A stretch of 64,000 nucleotides of DNA from Octopus sinensis (lineage: Eukaryota), in NCBI RefSeq assembly GCF_006345805.1, contig NC_043001.1, forward strand, positions 19,158,001-19,222,000, given 5' to 3'. Numbering within the stretch: position 1 is the first letter of the stretch; each line of letters begins with the position of its first letter. Positions 50,594 to 64,000 of the stretch are shown here, one piece after another. The translations under genes and the position numbers were made by a program. Below the pieces are notes generated by a model. The model was not told the DNA's origin. It saw only the letters and a program-made list of their open reading frames with translations, and ran no database searches.

Positions 50594-50796
50594 AAGTTAA
50601 TTTCAGATATTCTCTGTTTAGTAATCATCTCCAGCTGATCGTTGGCGGAGGTTTGCGCTCTCTGAGTGCTCTTATTGTTTCTAAATATCCTGTTTGACAA
50701 ACAAGCTGGCTTTTGTTTAACCCTCTCTTCACCCCTTCTCTCCACGGTGCGCGTGCGCGTGTGTGTGAGTGTATATATATATATATATATATATAT

Positions 50797-51178
50797 GTGG
50801 AAGCACTCCGTCGGTTACGACGACGAGTGTTCCGTTTGATCCGAATCAACGGAACAGCCTGCTCGTGAAATTAACGTGTAAGTGGCTGAGCACTCCACAG
50901 AAACGTGTACCCTTAACGTAGTTCTCGGGGATATTCGGCGTGACACAGAGAGTGACAAGGCCGGCCCTTTGAAATACAGGTACAACAGAAATAGGAAGTA
51001 AGAGTGAGAGAAAGTTGTGGTGAAAGAGTACAGCAGGGATCACCACCATCCCCTGCCGGAGCCTCGTGGAGCTTTAGGTGTTTTCGCTCAATAAACACTC
51101 ACAACGCCCGGTCTGGGAATCGAAACCGCGATCGTATGACCGCGAGTCCACTGCCCTAACCACTGGGCCATTGCGCCT

Positions 51179-51180
<2 letters not shown>
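50797..51180 (-). mobile_element. tRNA-derived SINE
   Basis: Near-identical reverse complement of 54407-54790 with different flanks. Confidence 0.85.
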
Positions 51181-51239
<59 letters not shown>

Positions 51240-51298
51240 CATAATATGAATAATATATAAATATATGCATATATGTGTGTGTGTGTGTGTGTGTGAGA

Positions 51299-51339
<41 letters not shown>

Positions 51340-52360
51340 TTCAGCAAAAATTTAGATTCAAATGAATATGGTACTTAATTTAGATGCACCAGAATTTTGT
51401 ATGGTGTTGTCCATAAAAATTTGTGGGGTGATTATAATCTATAATCTATATTAATAATATAGAATTCAACCTAAAATGGGATATAGTTAGAAGGGTGCAA
51501 CCTTATAGAAATAGTAGTGATGGTTGTCAACTTTGTCTATGGAAACTTATGAAATTTTAAAACATCAGAGTAATACAAATCTGTTGAATAATCGTCTGGA
51601 GTTGGGAGAATCTTGTATACATTGCACAACCAGAACGTTTAAATACTTTAAATAATAATTTTGTGAGTATTCCTATATTTTTCAAATTTTAATTCTTTAT
51701 AATCAAATAATAAAAGATATACTATACTAGCTTTCAATTTAACATTCATAGATGACTAAAAAAAACTTCACTACAAACTTGAAATTGGAATTTTTTCTAA
51801 ATTTAATCTAGCTTTAAAATTAATAAGGCTTTCCCCCAGTTAAAAAATACTGTGCCTACTCATAATAATAAGTGATAGGTTTTTTTCCCTTTTTTTCTCT
51901 AAATTACACTCTCTGTAAATGGGATTAAGACCATTTGATATTGACCTAGTTTCTCTCACCAAATAGCAGTAATTGGCATTTGTTAGTGGCAATTGCTGTC
52001 TTCAACATGAATTCCTTTTATGGTGTTCTGAAACCTCCTTTACCCCATTTCTACAATTAAAATAATCTTTATTACTTCCAACCTTACGGCAGTTAGGAAC
52101 AGCCATATCTTGGCCAGTTAGTGGAAGGACTTCACTACCTCATATGTTCTTAAAATTTAAATCCACATCTTTATCTGTATATCTACCTTCGCTATAATGT
52201 TGCCACTTGATTTTAAAACTTTTGTATTAATGGAAAACCTCTATAATTGGCTGATGAGTACTCAGCATCTTAAATCTGGTGTAATACTTACAACATTTAA
52301 TAAAATGTAGTACGAAACGATTGTACCAAATTACCGGAGTCATTCTTGTTGCTTATTTTG

Positions 52361-52365
<5 letters not shown>
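51340..52365 (+). mobile_element. 5'-truncated Naiad-type PLE with inverted 5' pLTR piece, bounded by (TA)n
   Basis: The inverted tail at 51355-51440 is followed by EFNLKWDIVRRVQPYRNSSDGCQLC..LLNNRLELGESCIHC, the 3' UTR and a hammerhead. Confidence 0.87.
52247..52329 (+). ncRNA. Type I hammerhead ribozyme
   Basis: ttgg-CTGATGA(52251)-gtac...gtac-GAAAC(52314)-gatt-GTA(52323)-ccaa. Confidence 0.88.
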
Positions 52366-52411
<46 letters not shown>

Positions 52412-52853
52412 TATGCATATATACATATATATGTGTATATACATGCATATATGGGTACAGGACATAAAAAAACGTTGAACACAATGACAAATGAAAGCAT
52501 AAAAGCAAAAACATAGAAACGAACTTTTTTTTCGAACAACGAAAAAAACAGAGAAACGAGACATACAGCATAAAGAATATCCCCCTTCGTCAGTTGTCGC
52601 AGGATCGCAGTTTCGATTCCCAGACCGGGCGTTGTGTGTGTTTATTGAGCGAAAACACCTAAAAGCTCCACGAGGCTCCGGCAGGGGGTGGTGATCCCTG
52701 CTGTACTCTTTCACCACTCTTTCTCCCACTCTTTCTTCTGTTTGCCTGCTCGCTTAGATAGCGGGGTGGCGTCATTCGAAGGCTAAAAACAATGCGAACG
52801 CATTGTGACCAGCGATGTGTAACAACATCTGATGGTCTGGTCGGTCACGTGAT

Positions 52854-52916
<63 letters not shown>

Positions 52917-52982
52917 GGTCCCGGGTTGATTCGGGGTTAACCACAGTAAATAAGGTACTCAATACATAGCAGAGTAAAATTA

Positions 52983-53217
<235 letters not shown>

Positions 53218-53604
53218 AAGCTAGCCTCTGTAACAAAAGTGAAAACACTGCAGTTTATAATACAACAAACTAATTTCTATATAACGATGAAAGTAAAACT
53301 CTTTGCCGGCTGTCAAACAAAATGATACTAGCATATTTTACAATATGAAAGTGAAGCGCTACTCTCAAAAATCGTCCATTCACTCTAAATGGGCGGGATG
53401 ATCACGGCCAGAACGTCTTTCGTCTTATTCAGTTAAATCTGCGTTAAATAACAACGCACCTAAGTATTATTACACCACAGAGATGATACTGAAAGGGAGA
53501 TTCTGGTTAATGGTAACATTACTGATAGTGTATGAACAAAAATATGAATCACTTCCGAGCCGAACTGCGTTAACATAACTTTAAAGGCTGGACTTCCTTC
53601 GGGG

Positions 53605-54160
53605 TACAAACAGAAGTGAAACTCATTAGTAGGGGGAGTTTATGGCCGGGTACACACCAAATGGGTGTGGGACCACTTCTTTAGAGATTCCATCAGCAGT
53701 GAAGGCCGTTCCCGTCGTTCATCCGTTGAAATATGGCTACCATATTTTAACGTCTAAAAGAAACCTTCGTGTAAAAGGGACCCCCGAATTTTGGGTGCTT
53801 AAAATTTGGAAAAAGGGTTTTGTAAGGGATTATAATAGTATCCATTTATAAGGAACTTCCATGCCTTTTGAACCTAATTTCTATACAAACAGAAGTAAAA
53901 CTCATTAGTAGGGGGAGTTTATGGCCGGGTACACACCAAATGGGTGTGGGACCACTTCTTTAGAGATTCCATCAGCAGTGAAGGCCGTTCCCGTCGTTCA
54001 TCCGTTGAAATATGGCTACCGTATTTTAACGTCTAAAAGAAACCTTCGTGTAAAAGGGACCCCCGAATTATGGGTGCTTAAAATTTAGAAAAAAGGTTTT
54101 GTAAGGGATTATAATACTATCCAATTATAAGGAACTTCCATACCTTTTGAACCTAATTTT
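53605..54160. repeat. 279-bp tandem duplication
   Basis: tacaaacagaagt occurs at 53605 and 53884, and the units are nearly identical. Confidence 0.92.
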
Positions 54161-54406
54161 TTGACAAAAAAGGGTTCCTTATACACGTTAAAATACGATA
54201 ATTTGTGTTTGTAAACAGGGTGGTTGTGTTTATATGTTGGAGAAAGGGGGCAACGAGCACACTGACATTACGTTATCGATTTAGGTTATGGGTTCGTCCC
54301 TTTACATATATAATTTTTTGTTTTATAGAGTTAGAGGAGAAGCTAATAATAGAAATAACCAATAAGCTTCCATAAAACCTTTGGTACTGTTTGTATTTGC
54401 TTGCAA

Positions 54407-54790
54407 GGAGGCGCAATGGTCCAGTGGTTAGGGCAGCGGACTCGCGGTCATACGATCGCGGTTTCGATTCCCAGACCGGGCGTTGTGAGTGTTTATTGAG
54501 CGAAAACACCTAAAGCTCCACGAGGCTCCGGCAGGGGATGGTGGTGATCCCTGCTGTACTCTTTCACCACAAATTTCTCTCACTCTTACTTCCTGTTTCT
54601 GTTGTACCTGTATTTCAAAGGGCCGGCCTTGTCACTCTCTGTGTCATGCTGAATATCCCCGAGAACTACGTTAAGGGTGCACGTGTCTGTGGAGTGCTCA
54701 GCCACTTACACGTTAATTTCACGAGCAGGCTGTTCCGTTGATTCAGATCAACCGGAACCCTCATCGTCGTAACCGACGGAGTGCTTCCAA
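54407..54790 (+). mobile_element. Full-length tRNA-derived SINE
   Basis: A-box tggtccagtgg and B-box ggtttcgattccc. Partial copy at 52590-52860. Confidence 0.85.
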
Positions 54791-55106
54791 TCCAATTTGC
54801 TTGCAGTCGGTAGCGATGTTGTTATTTAGTTCCAGATGAACCCTGATTGAGCAGAGCTATTATCAAATTCATTACTGATGTGACCACTCGATACTGTTAG
54901 AACAATGCAGGCTGTTTTAATTTTTCCCTTTTCAAGTAATACGGTGAAATTTCAAGGAGATTTGGCTGCTATTTCGAACAAATAGACCGACCACAATGAG
55001 TCTGTCAGTTATTCATAAGACGTATCGATATTTTGACCTGGTTAACCATCGACGTAATCTTTCCTCTTTGCTTCAGAAATAGCGAGACAGTACAAGTACA
55101 TATGGT

Positions 55107-55126
55107 TATATATGTTTGTGTGTATG

Positions 55127-55160
<34 letters not shown>

Positions 55161-56310
55161 TGTATGTATGTATGTATGTATGTATGTATGTACGTACGTA
55201 TGTATGTATGCATGTATGTATGTATGTACGTATGTACGTATGTATGTAAGTATGTACGTACGTATGTATGTATGTATGTATGTATGTATGTATGCATGCA
55301 TGTATGTATGTATGTATGTATGTATGTATGTATGTATGTATGTATGTACGTATGTATGTATGTATGTATGTATGCATCCATGTATGTATGTATGTATGTA
55401 TGTATGTACGTATGTATGTATGTATGTATGTATGTATGTATGTATGTATGTATGCATGCATGCATGTATGTATGTATGTATGTATGCATGTATGTATGTA
55501 TGCATGTATGTATGTATGTATGTATGTACGTATGTATGTATGTATGTATGTATGCATGCATGCATGCATGTATGTATGTATGTATGTATGTATGTATGTA
55601 TGTATGCATGCATGCATGCATGTATGTATGTATGTATGCATGTATGTATGCATGTATGTATGTACGTATGTATGTATGTATGCATGTATGTATGTATGTA
55701 TGTATGTATGTATGTACGTATGTATGTATGTATGTATGTACGTATGTATGTATGTGTGCTTGTATGTATGTATGTATGTACGTATGTACGTATGTATGTA
55801 CGTATGTACGTATGTATGTATGTATGTATGTATGTACGTATGTACGTATGTATGTATGTATGTATGTACGTATATATGTATGTATATATGTACGTATGTA
55901 TGTATGTATGTATGTATGTATGTATGTATGTATGTATGTATGTATGCATGTATGTATGCACGTACGTATGTATGTATGTATATATGTAAGTATGTACGTA
56001 TGTACGTATGTACGTATGTATGTATGTACGTATGTACGTATGTACGTATGTATGTATGTATGTATGTATGTATGTATGTATGCATGTATGTACGTATGTA
56101 CGTATGTATGTATGTATGTACGTATGTACGTATGTATGTATGTATGTATGTACGTATGTACGTATGTACGTATGTATGTATGTATGTATGTATGTATGCA
56201 TGTATGTATGTATGTACGTATGTATGTATCTATGTATGTACGTACGTATGTATGTATGTATGTATGTATGTATGTATGTATGTATGTATGTGTGTATGTA
56301 TGTATGTATG
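55107..56310. repeat. ~1.2-kb (TATG)n array with TACG/CATG variants
   Basis: Direct reading. It is the source of the spurious 300-430 aa ORFs. Confidence 0.97.
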
Positions 56311-56717
56311 TAAATTCGTTCGTTATTTTATTATTGGAATTTCTCATCAAAGTGGAAAGAGCTGTTTTCTATCCAAAGGACAAGAATCTTTCCTTGCAGT
56401 TTAGACATTAGCTGTTTTGTATAATTCCACATCTATATTGGTGATGAAGTCGGACAGTTGTTGCACTGATGACGGTTGTTGAGGCAGAAACATGTATCCA
56501 CCATCGTACGGCTATCTTCAGACAATAAACCCGTCGTTTTCCTTAGTGGCAGTCAGTTTTAGGGAGTTCTTGACTCTTGAGCTTATCGCCTTTTCTTCTC
56601 AGATGGCGCTGGACTCAATTGCCATTTGGCAATTGTGAAACGTTTTCCAAGAGGAGATAATGCCAATAAATCAAGGTGTTGTATGATGGTTGATATACGG
56701 GTATTTTTCTCTCCCTC

Positions 56718-57110
<393 letters not shown>

Positions 57111-57658
57111 TATATATGTTAATATGTGACCCAATTGCCCGAGGTTACTGTGGTCTTTTCGAAGGTTTTTCTTTCCACAGATAAACCTCCCCATTTCTTG
57201 GGAACTTTTTATACTATTTCGACATTTTTTTTGCATATATCCCCAACGATTTCGATCCCTTTTGATCGTTGTCCCTATTTTTATTGTTTTTTTTATTTCA
57301 CACCCCCTCCCCAGAGAAAAGAAAAACTGTACATTGTAATTGTTCCCTCTGCGTCTAGCCCTGTGTGGCCAATAAAGAAATCTCTCTATCTATTTGTCTA
57401 CCTACCTACCTACCAACCTACCTACCTACATACATACCTACCTACCTACCTATCTACCTACCTACCTAGCTACCTATCTATCTACCAACCAACGAACCTA
57501 CCTACCAACCTACATACCTACGTATCTATCTACCTATCTATCTACCCACCTACCTATCTACCTATCTACCTACCTATCTATCTCTCTGTCTGTCTATCTA
57601 TCTATCTATCTGTTGAGCTACCTACCTACTTATCTATCTATCTCTCCCCCTCTCTCTC

Positions 57659-57720
<62 letters not shown>

Positions 57721-57724
57721 TCTT

Positions 57725-60284
57725 TGCAAGTAAGTAACTCTCTGTTTTAAATTTTTCCGGGTTCATAAGATTATGCTCAAGGTGGCGTCGTCATTCATAC
57801 GTGCCATCCTTGCTACATTCACCCATCATTATTTTGAAACATTCGCTAGACAAAACTTCCCTCTCTACTCTCACTTTCCTTTTCAAGTGATACTTGAAGA
57901 AGTTGATGAGAGATTGACCAGAGAGGAAAGTTTTTGTTTCTAATCCTTTCAGACGCGTTCACCAGATACATTCTTTCGCCATAGCCACAAGTATGACGAA
58001 AGTAGCTCTTCCTTCCCGTTTGAAGGAAGGAGGCGTGACGATATTGACGATAGACTCGGCTGATAAATCGACTCGTTTCACACGTGACTGCAGTCGTTCG
58101 ACATAAGCCCACAGGTCGGAAATTGTTGGACACTGTACGAGTGTGTGCAGAACGGTTCGTCGCTCTGACCGCATCTCGAGCAGGTCGGCCCCGTGTTTCT
58201 TGAGCCGTGTATGTAGAGCTTATCCCGAACGGGTAGCGCTTCTCGGTAGCACTGCCAGACCAGGGATCTCTGGAAGTTGTCCATAGGTCCTGGCCCGAAA
58301 GTCGTCCTGAACAGGCGGGTCAGGTATTCCTCGTCGACGCCCAGGTTCGCCCCGAGCACGTCGTCGTATCTCCCCTCCACTAATCCCCTATATAATGCTT
58401 TGGTTGTGTTGAAGTCACTCAAGGTCGACTCGGGACGGCATAGTTGCTTGAGAGCAATGCGACACTCGCGGTGCCATTCGTCTTTCCTCGGCCTCTTTTT
58501 GATCCACGACTGCAGTTCGGTCATGGAGACGAGTTGCGGGAAAGCGTCCCTCACAAACGGCGACCACACCTGTTCACCGTCGTCTACGTACAGCCGGAGA
58601 TGTCGCAGTCTCAGCGCGTGTCTGCGCATCATCAACCATGGCATGCCCAGTCCTCCTTTTAACGGGTGTTGACAGCAACTGGATCGCCAGACCATCGGGA
58701 CGCATCCTTTCCACAAGAAGCGGAAGAGAATGCGTTCCAGTTTGGTGATGGTAGGGTCGGGACAAGGCACGACGGTCAGGCGGTAGTAGATGACGGACAC
58801 TTTGTACGTGTTCGCCACCTCCACCCGACCTTTTAGGGACAGTTTCCTCTCGGCCCATTGCCGGGCGAGAGTGACCACCATACTCGTTATCTCGTTCCAG
58901 TTATTCTCAATTTCGAGGTCCGGACCAAACCAGACCCCGAGCAACTCGACCGGACCGTCGGTCCAGCGTCCCACGACGGAGGCACTGGTGGACGGCATGG
59001 GCTTGCTTCTCCAGGTGCCGAGCCGCAAGCCCACTGACTTTTCCCCGTTGATTTTCGCTCCTGTCACCGCTTCGTAGTCTTGCAGTGTCTCACCGACCAG
59101 CTCGATGTGCTCGTGGCTAGACACTATGACGGTGACGTCGTCTGCGTATGCAGACACGCTCGTCCCGCATCCCAATTCTCGCGGGATGCCCCTCAGAGTC
59201 GCCAGCTTCCGCAGTAATGGCTCGAGAGTCAATACGTATAGAAGCGACGAGAGGGGGGCATCCCTGACGGACCGAACGTGCAATGTCGAAAGGTCTCGAT
59301 AGATGTCCATTTACGTGAATTACCGAACGGATACCTCTGTACAAAGCAGCTATCCAACCGCAGAAGACGGAACCGAAACTAGCCGCTCTGAGGACAGCCT
59401 CCAAGTATCGATGGTCTACCCTATCGAAAGCTTTCAATTGATCCAAATTGATCAGGGCCCTACCCATGCCAGGTTCCTTAACTACCCTGTCTATGATGTA
59501 GCGCATCAGATAGTGGTTGTCATGGATGCTCCGGCCCTGCACGGCGCATGTTTGCGCTTTGTCGACCAGTTTCTCGATGACAAATGCCAACCTCTTAGCT
59601 AACACCTGGCCAAAAGTTTCAAGTCTGCATTAAGCAGAGCGATGGGCCTAAAGTTATCTATTACGTCCCCCTTGTTTAGATTTTTCTTCAGCAGTGTTAC
59701 GGCTCCTCGGCTCAAAAAACCAGGGATGCTCCCGTTTTGCTGTCAGTTGCAATACACCGCTGCCAAGACGTCTCCAAACAAGTATGGCATAGAACTGTAA
59801 AGCTCGTAGGGTAGACCATCCAAACCCGGCGGTTTGCCCCTCGAGCATTCTGCCATCACGTCCCGCACTTCCACTGCCGTGATAGCACCTTCGCAGCGCC
59901 ATGCCTCTCTTGTGTAGAATCGTGACAGACTGTATAAGTAGGCACTGAAGTCCACCCTACGTTCTTGCCCACCACTCATCCCGAACAATCGGGAAAAATG
60001 CTGTTGAAAGACCTCACACATTTTACTTGGCTCGAGTAATTCGTGCTCCTGTTCATCTACCAGAGACCGAATGGTGACTTTGTTGCCCTGTTGCACCTCT
60101 GCCACCCAAGCCTTTCGCGCGGCTCCAGTACATTCGTTTCTTAGAGCACGCATCCCAGCTCTGACAACACACCCTTCGCGTTGAAGTGTTGGTCGAGGGC
60201 CAACCTCGCCGCCAAAATACCGGATGCGATGTCGCTTCTAATTACCTCGTCTAGCTTCTTAACTAGCACACCCTCTACTCTGTT

Positions 60285-60290
<6 letters not shown>
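57725..60290 (-). mobile_element. Tx1/L1-like LINE RT region, 5'-truncated and frameshifted
   Basis: GKPPGLDGLP.E, KAQTCAVQGRSI, LDQLKAFDRVDH, VRQGCP, SAYADDVT, YLG-like ELLGV, LSLKGR and C-terminal CSRCGQ. Confidence 0.92.
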
Positions 60291-60332
<42 letters not shown>

Positions 60333-60334
<2 letters not shown>

Positions 60335-60465
60335 CTACTTGTGGCTATGGCGACAGAATGTATCTGGTGAACGCGTCTGAAAGGATTAGAAACAAACACT
60401 TTCCTCTCTTGTCAATCTCTCATCAACTTCTTCAAGTATCACTTGAAAAGGAAAGTGAGAGTAGC
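60333..60465 (+). mobile_element. Tx1/L1-like LINE 3'-end copy 3
   Basis: Same 5' junction with (TATC)n as copy 1. Confidence 0.85.
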
Positions 60466-60486
60466 TAGTGCTTTGCTAAACCTAAA

Positions 60487-61497
60487 CGCACCGTGGAGAG
60501 AGGGGTGAAGAGAGGGTTAAACAAAAGCCAGCTTGTTTGTCAAACAGGATATTTAGAAACAATAAGAGCACTCAGAGAGCGCAAACCTCCGCCAACGATC
60601 AGCTGGAGATGATTACTAAACAGAGAATATCTGAAATAAACTCGCTACTACTTAAATAGGGAGGTCCTCATGTAACACTAATCCTACAATTAATCCTAAA
60701 CTCTAAACCCTAAACCCTAACTCTAAACCCTAACCATAACCATGAAACTGACCCTTATCGTACCCTAACGAGTGTGCACTGTAAAAGCATCGTTACGTCG
60801 ATGCAGCGGGACCTCTGTATTTAAGTAGTGCCATAAACCCAACCTTTTTGGTCGCGGCATTGTTTTTCATATTAAACACGGAGCTTGGTGTGTAATCGTG
60901 GAATGCCATAGGGAAGGATCTGTTTATGCATCTCGAAACCGGATATTGTGTATTCGATGAGCTTCTGCACTGCCCAGTTTTGTGTCTACAGCATTGATGT
61001 CACAACATATTGGTCATCCAACAACAAAGTGTCGTGCAGTGGGATTGAACCCAAAATCATATACTTATGAAACAAACCTCTTAACCACACAACTTCTTTT
61101 CACCCAGCCTTTCTGCACGCACTACGTTGCTGTTGTATAGCTTAAGTCAATTCAGATCAAAATACATTCCATCTGTGACCACAAACGTATTTACTACAAC
61201 CATATCTCACAGTAAGGTGTGGCTAGAAGATTTGACTGCTATTTCTACGAGGTTTTTAAATGCCCATATCGGGCGTAAACATTTTTCAATGAGTTCTGGT
61301 GGTGCTTGCTCTGATCTGCGTATTTTTACGTTTCAAATTTTGTATAATATTGTTGTCTTTTGAGTGGTGTCTATGATGTGTTGAGGTATATTCAGGCGTA
61401 GATTTGAACCTTCTTCAGTTAAGAGTCTTTGGTGGCGGTGTTGGTGGATGGTCTGGCGACCTTGGTTTTGTTGTTGTTGTTGTTGCTGTCGTTGTTG

Positions 61498-61529
<32 letters not shown>

Positions 61530-64000
61530 GGTGGTGGTGGTGTTGGTGGTGGTGGTGGTGGTGGTGGTGGTGGTGGTGGTGTCGGTAGCAGAGAAAGCAG
61601 CTGTAGTAGAGGCAGAAACCGCCGTGGTGGTAGTGTCGGTGTCTCGTTGCGTTGAGGTGTCTCGTTGCTCAGCTTAGCTGCAATGCTATGCTGGTCACTA
61701 AAGCAGAAACCACAGATGCTTGTAGAAAAAGGGATAACAAAGAGTTAGTGTTGGAAGTTTTAATGAAACAAATTGAATATGAATATAAATTTATCATTTT
61801 CTATGTAGTTGTCATGGCAGGTTGTACTGGAACTGCTCAGAAGTATCTTTAGAGTTGTTTCCCTTTATATGGAATTACGAAGAAATTACGAGTTCTTCTA
61901 TAAATGTTTGTTGTTGTTTGTTCCTTTGGAGCCACGCCTGGCTCATAAGGGCCGGTTTCCTGGTTTCCCTGGCATATAGGTTCCCCGCCTGGACGGAGCG
62001 CCGGTCATCGCAGGTGAGCCTCAAGATGCATGAAGAAAGAGTGAGAGAAAGTTGTGGCAAAAGAGTCAGCAGAAGTTCGCCATTACTTCTGCCGGAGATG
62101 CGTGGAGCTTAGGAGTTTCGCTCATAAACACACACATCGCCCGGTCTGAGATTCGAACCCGCGATCCCTCGACCGCGAGTTCGCTGCTCTAACCACTAGA
62201 CCATGTTCCTCCACGCTTATATAAATACGAGTCTTTTATTATTTGAAGCTAAGAGAAATAGAAGACTCGGTGAGCTGTGACTAGTTCAGGTACTGTGTCT
62301 TGTTAATTAAATTTAATTGAGGCGTTTGCATTCCTGATATTTCATTGATTTGATTCGTATCCTTTTATTTTTTACTTGTTTCAGTCATTTTACTGCGGCC
62401 ATTCTGGAGCACCGCAGTAAGGTTGGGTTTATGGCACTACTTAAATACAGAGGTCCCGCTGCATCGACGTAACGATGCTTTTACAGTGCACACTCGTTAG
62501 GGTACGATAAGGGTCAGTTTCATGGTTATAGTCGAAGAAATTAACCCACCCCAGAAGTTAGTCTTTTTTAAATCTAGTACTCTCGTTATCGGGCTTTTTG
62601 TGCCAAACCTCTAAGTTACGGGGACATAAACACACTAGCATCGGTTGTCAAGCGATGGCGAGGATACAAACACAGACACAAAGACACACTCACAACTCTA
62701 CTATTTCCTTCTATTTAACTCTCGCATATCGTCTCTGATATCCTTTATATCCCTGAAACAACTGTAAGACTACCTTTCGCTTCATGAATGCTCTAGAAAT
62801 TCCACACTGCCTTGGATTTGTCGTCTCATTTTATTTAACACACACACACACACATACACATACAGACAGACACGCGGACAGAGAGACAGACAGACTATAC
62901 ACTCCTACAAATATTTCTATATACAAACTAGCAGTATCGCCCGGCGTTGCTCGGGTTTGTAAGGGAATTAACTATATAAGCATTTTTAGAGAGTTACTTC
63001 CCTTATATAATAGCAAAAAAAATGCATTAAAAATGGAAAAAAATTATGGTAATTTTTTTTTTAAATCGTAGACTCATCGTAGACATTTTTAGAGAATTAC
63101 TTCCGTTATATAATAGCAAAAAATGCATTAAAAATGGAAAAAATTATGGTAAATTTTTTTTAAATCGTAGACACATTAAGACGCGCGCTAATACCCAGAA
63201 GGGCTCGATATGAATCACGACTATAAGATACCCGCTTTTGGTTAAACTGCACCGCAAAGTGTGGGAGTAGATAGGAATCTAAATCGTAGGAGACAGACAC
63301 CACACAACTTTTCTTTTATATATATAGATATATGTTAATGCATATCTATATATTTTCATCTAAACATATAGATATGTATTGTATGTATTTAGAGGATTTG
63401 GTTAACAATCATGACGTACTGAGTTCGATTCCCAGACTGGACTGTGTGTTGTGTTCTTGAGCTTTACTTCATGTTGCTCCTGTTTGCTCAGCTGTAGAAA
63501 TGAGTTCGAATCTCACTGGTGCCAGGCTGTGTCACCCTTTGCCTTTCCCTTGGATAACACCCGTCGCATGGAGAGTTGCATGGGCAACTACAGGTCTTCA
63601 GGAAACAACCTTGCCCGGACTTGTGCCTCAGAGGGTAATTTCTAGGAGCAATCCCATGGCCATTTATGACCGAAAGGGGTCTCTACCCTTTATGTGCACA
63701 TATAGATATATAAGTGCACGGAAAGGTAAATATATTTTTTTAAATAGTTTACGTAGCTGGGTCAACCGGAGCATCAAGAAATGAAGTGTCTTGCTCAAGA
63801 ACACAACACACAGGAGTGGCTGTGTGGTAAGTAGCTTGCTTACCAGCTACATGGTTCCGGGCTCAGTCCCACTGCATGAAACCTTGGGCAAGTGTCTTCT
63901 ACCATAGCCTTGGGCCGACCGAAAATGAATGGATTTGGTAGACGGAAACTGAAAACAGCCCGTTGTATGTATGTATGTATGTATGTATGTATGTATGTAT
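60487..64000. repeat. Right arm of inverted duplication IR2
   Basis: Reverse complement of 47847-50751 plus arm-specific segments. It runs off the window. Confidence 0.95.
61255..61655 (-). mobile_element. LINE ORF1 5' fragment (same family as 15102-15690), only in the right IR2 arm
   Basis: A Thr-rich start is followed by EEGSNLRLNIPQHII...PELIEKCLRPIWAF. It shares atgtttacgcccgatatgggcat with 15102-15124. Confidence 0.7.

Larger units (their letters stand above)
47847..50751. repeat. Left arm of inverted duplication IR2 (pairs with 60487-64000)
   Basis: Colinear reverse-complement match (47881 acaacgggct with 63957-63966; 50741 tccacggtgcg with 60487), with arm-specific indels. Confidence 0.95.

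Noticed and set aside
55005-56411. Six ORFs of 318-431 aa
   Set aside because: These are stop-free translations of the (TATG)n microsatellite. The same applies to the many [12 protein letters not shown] ORFs elsewhere.
61404-61677. Poly-Gly/Val ORFs
   Set aside because: These are (GTT)n/(GGT)n tracts, antisense to the low-complexity start of a LINE ORF1.

Overview
AT-rich eukaryotic DNA packed with microsatellites and transposon remnants. It is probably octopus or another cephalopod, inferred from the SINE families, the (TA)n/(TACA)n load and C2H2-ZNF debris; this was not confirmed by a search. No prokaryotic features, rRNA or CRISPR were found. Two large inverted duplications frame the window. 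IR1 pairs 1-8169 with 15625-22670, and IR2 pairs ~47847-50751 with 60487-64000. One arm of each runs to a window edge, so both may be longer. The IR1 arms carry the three terminal exons of two tail-to-tail paralogues of a single-pass membrane protein that the ORF track misses. The protein has a Cys-containing juxtamembrane segment, a variable Thr/Pro stalk, a TM helix and a tail with YEEI plus an ITAM-consensus YxxL-x7-YxxL. Two tandemly duplicated, strongly diverged phase-1 exons lie upstream of the minus-strand copy (29187-29294 and 32635-32748), and one has an ADAM10-like Cys pattern. The window also holds several Penelope-like elements (Naiad-type RT + GIY-YIG) with at least five well-formed hammerhead ribozymes and one variant. 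Other elements are a solo LTR, RTE/CR1/R4/Tx1 LINE fragments, a mariner, non-autonomous Helitrons, MITEs and tRNA-derived SINEs. All analysis was by eye; no alignment or database search was run.
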